From a virus (taxonomy: Duplodnaviria > Heunggongvirae > Uroviricota > Caudoviricetes), in the IMG/VR virus record IMGVR_UViG_2617271085_000020, positions 1-14,800 of that record: a stretch of DNA of 14,800 bases. One strand, written 5' to 3'. Within the stretch, counting starts at the first letter, position 1. Every line of letters starts with the position of its first letter. Of this stretch, positions 13,868 to 14,800 are shown piece after piece. The translations under genes and the position numbers were made by a program. The notes under the pieces are model-generated. The model had not been told where the DNA came from, did no database searches, and saw only the letters and a program-made list of their open reading frames with translations.

Positions 13868-14800
13868 TTAGAATGTTCCGGCGTCTAACGTTTCACCTTG
13901 AGCTACTGCGTTAACATCAACAGGAGTTGGTTTATTCGTAGGAGAATAAACTTCTTGACCTTTGACTTTCACCGAATCAGATTGAATTTCTTTAGTATTT
14001 AGATTGTCGATTTCAACAAGCGGGGCGTTTATCTTTTTGCGTACAGTCAAATAATCCTGAATCGTCAGTGAACCTTGTAACGTTCCTCCCGTAATAGGAA
14101 GCGCTCCAATGTCTTCTGTTGTAGGACGTTCAAGTTCTGTATAGACCTTAACCCAATTCGATTCATTGATTGTCCCGTCGGGATTCATCTGCTTGTTACG
14201 AATACGTATGCTAGGATTACCGATACTTGCTCCAATCAGTTCCCATCCTTGACCACTTGGATGCTGAATTGCCATAGCAGACGTGCCAGAGTTATATGGA
14301 TTATCAGTGTTAACCCCATCAACAGTTATCCATCTGTTACCAGTCAAAAGACCTAAATCTTTTACACCTTCGATTTCTTCTGTTCCTGCACCAACACCAT
14401 AATCGCCAACGTTTAACGGAGTTGAATACTCAGCGTAACCTGAAAATAATTTACCGTCTGGACTTAAAGTATAGTTGTTAATTACAGCGGAACTCTCAGA
14501 CCCGTTTGTTTCTTTCTTCGTAACATAAGCATCAAAGATATGATAAAGACCGGATTGTCTTTCTCTTGTATGTTCTGAATCGACAACATAAAGATTTCTA
14601 AATCGAAGTTTTTTCTTATTCATTAACGCATTGTCTAACAATTCGGAAACTTCATCATCAGATTCAAATATGCTTAAAACAGTGTTATCAATTGTTTGAT
14701 CACCTGATAATTTAACTTCAAAATCTTCTCGATAATCTTCGAGTGATTGAACTTGATTTGAAAATCCTATTACCGGAAAAGCAGCAACATTTTCAGTTTC
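13868..14800 (-). CDS. Tail fibre protein, 5'-truncated by the window edge (C-terminal 310 codons present)
   Basis: The frame is open from the stop at 13868 to position 14800 with no stop codon, so the ORF-track start (TTG at 14641) is only an internal codon. The C-terminal motif TEDIGALPITGGTLQGSLTIQDYL resembles T4 proximal-fibre (gp34) C-terminal motifs (SDIGALPSDNATMGNLTIRDFL, from memory). Confidence 0.6.
   Translation of the reverse strand, partial: ETENVAAFPVIGFSNQVQSLEDYREDFEVKLSGDQTIDNTVLSIFESDDEVSELLDNALMNKKKLRFRNLYVVDSEHTRERQSGLYHIFDAYVTKKETNGSESSAVINNYTLSPDGKLFSGYAEYSTPLNVGDYGVGAGTEEIEGVKDLGLLTGNRWITVDGVNTDNPYNSGTSAMAIQHPSGQGWELIGASIGNPSIRIRNKQMNPDGTINESNWVKVYTELERPTTEDIGALPITGGTLQGSLTIQDYLTVRKKINAPLVEIDNLNTKEIQSDSVKVKGQEVYSPTNKPTPVDVNAVAQGETLDAGTF

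Noticed and set aside
1-14800. CRISPR arrays, tRNA or rRNA genes, transposase or insertion-sequence elements
   Set aside because: No regularly spaced direct repeats, no cloverleaf-like conserved tRNA motifs, and no transposase or integrase-like ORFs were seen.

Overview
AT-rich tailed-phage (or prophage) structural DNA. Positions ~1250-14800 are one densely packed minus-strand late cluster of tail and tail-fibre genes; positions ~280-1180 carry a small convergent plus-strand two-gene cassette with its own promoter-like element. In transcription order (high to low coordinates) the minus-strand cluster reads: a 5'-truncated tail-fibre gene; a 951-aa long tail fibre with a T4 gp37-like N-terminus and a C-terminal S74-type intramolecular chaperone; a 162-aa probable abundant virion protein followed by a strong intrinsic terminator; a lambda gpK-like NlpC/P60 protein translationally coupled to a 1226-aa gpI-gpJ-like central tail fibre; a five-gene insert (membrane-anchored coiled-coil protein, endonuclease VII-like nuclease, small hydrophobic protein, very basic 179-aa protein, 106-aa protein); a hairpin; then a G / T chaperone pair in a -1 frameshift arrangement and a 781-aa tape measure protein ending at a terminator. 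No tRNA, rRNA, CRISPR array, integrase or transposase was recognised. All homology calls come from reading the translated ORFs and comparing with remembered family sequences and motifs; no database search was run. The most interesting items are the scrambled, mosaic tail module (T4-type fibres on a lambda-type tail tip, with G-T-TMP last), the nuclease-plus-membrane-protein insert in which the Endo VII zinc-ligand cysteines appear lost, and the uncharacterised convergent cassette.
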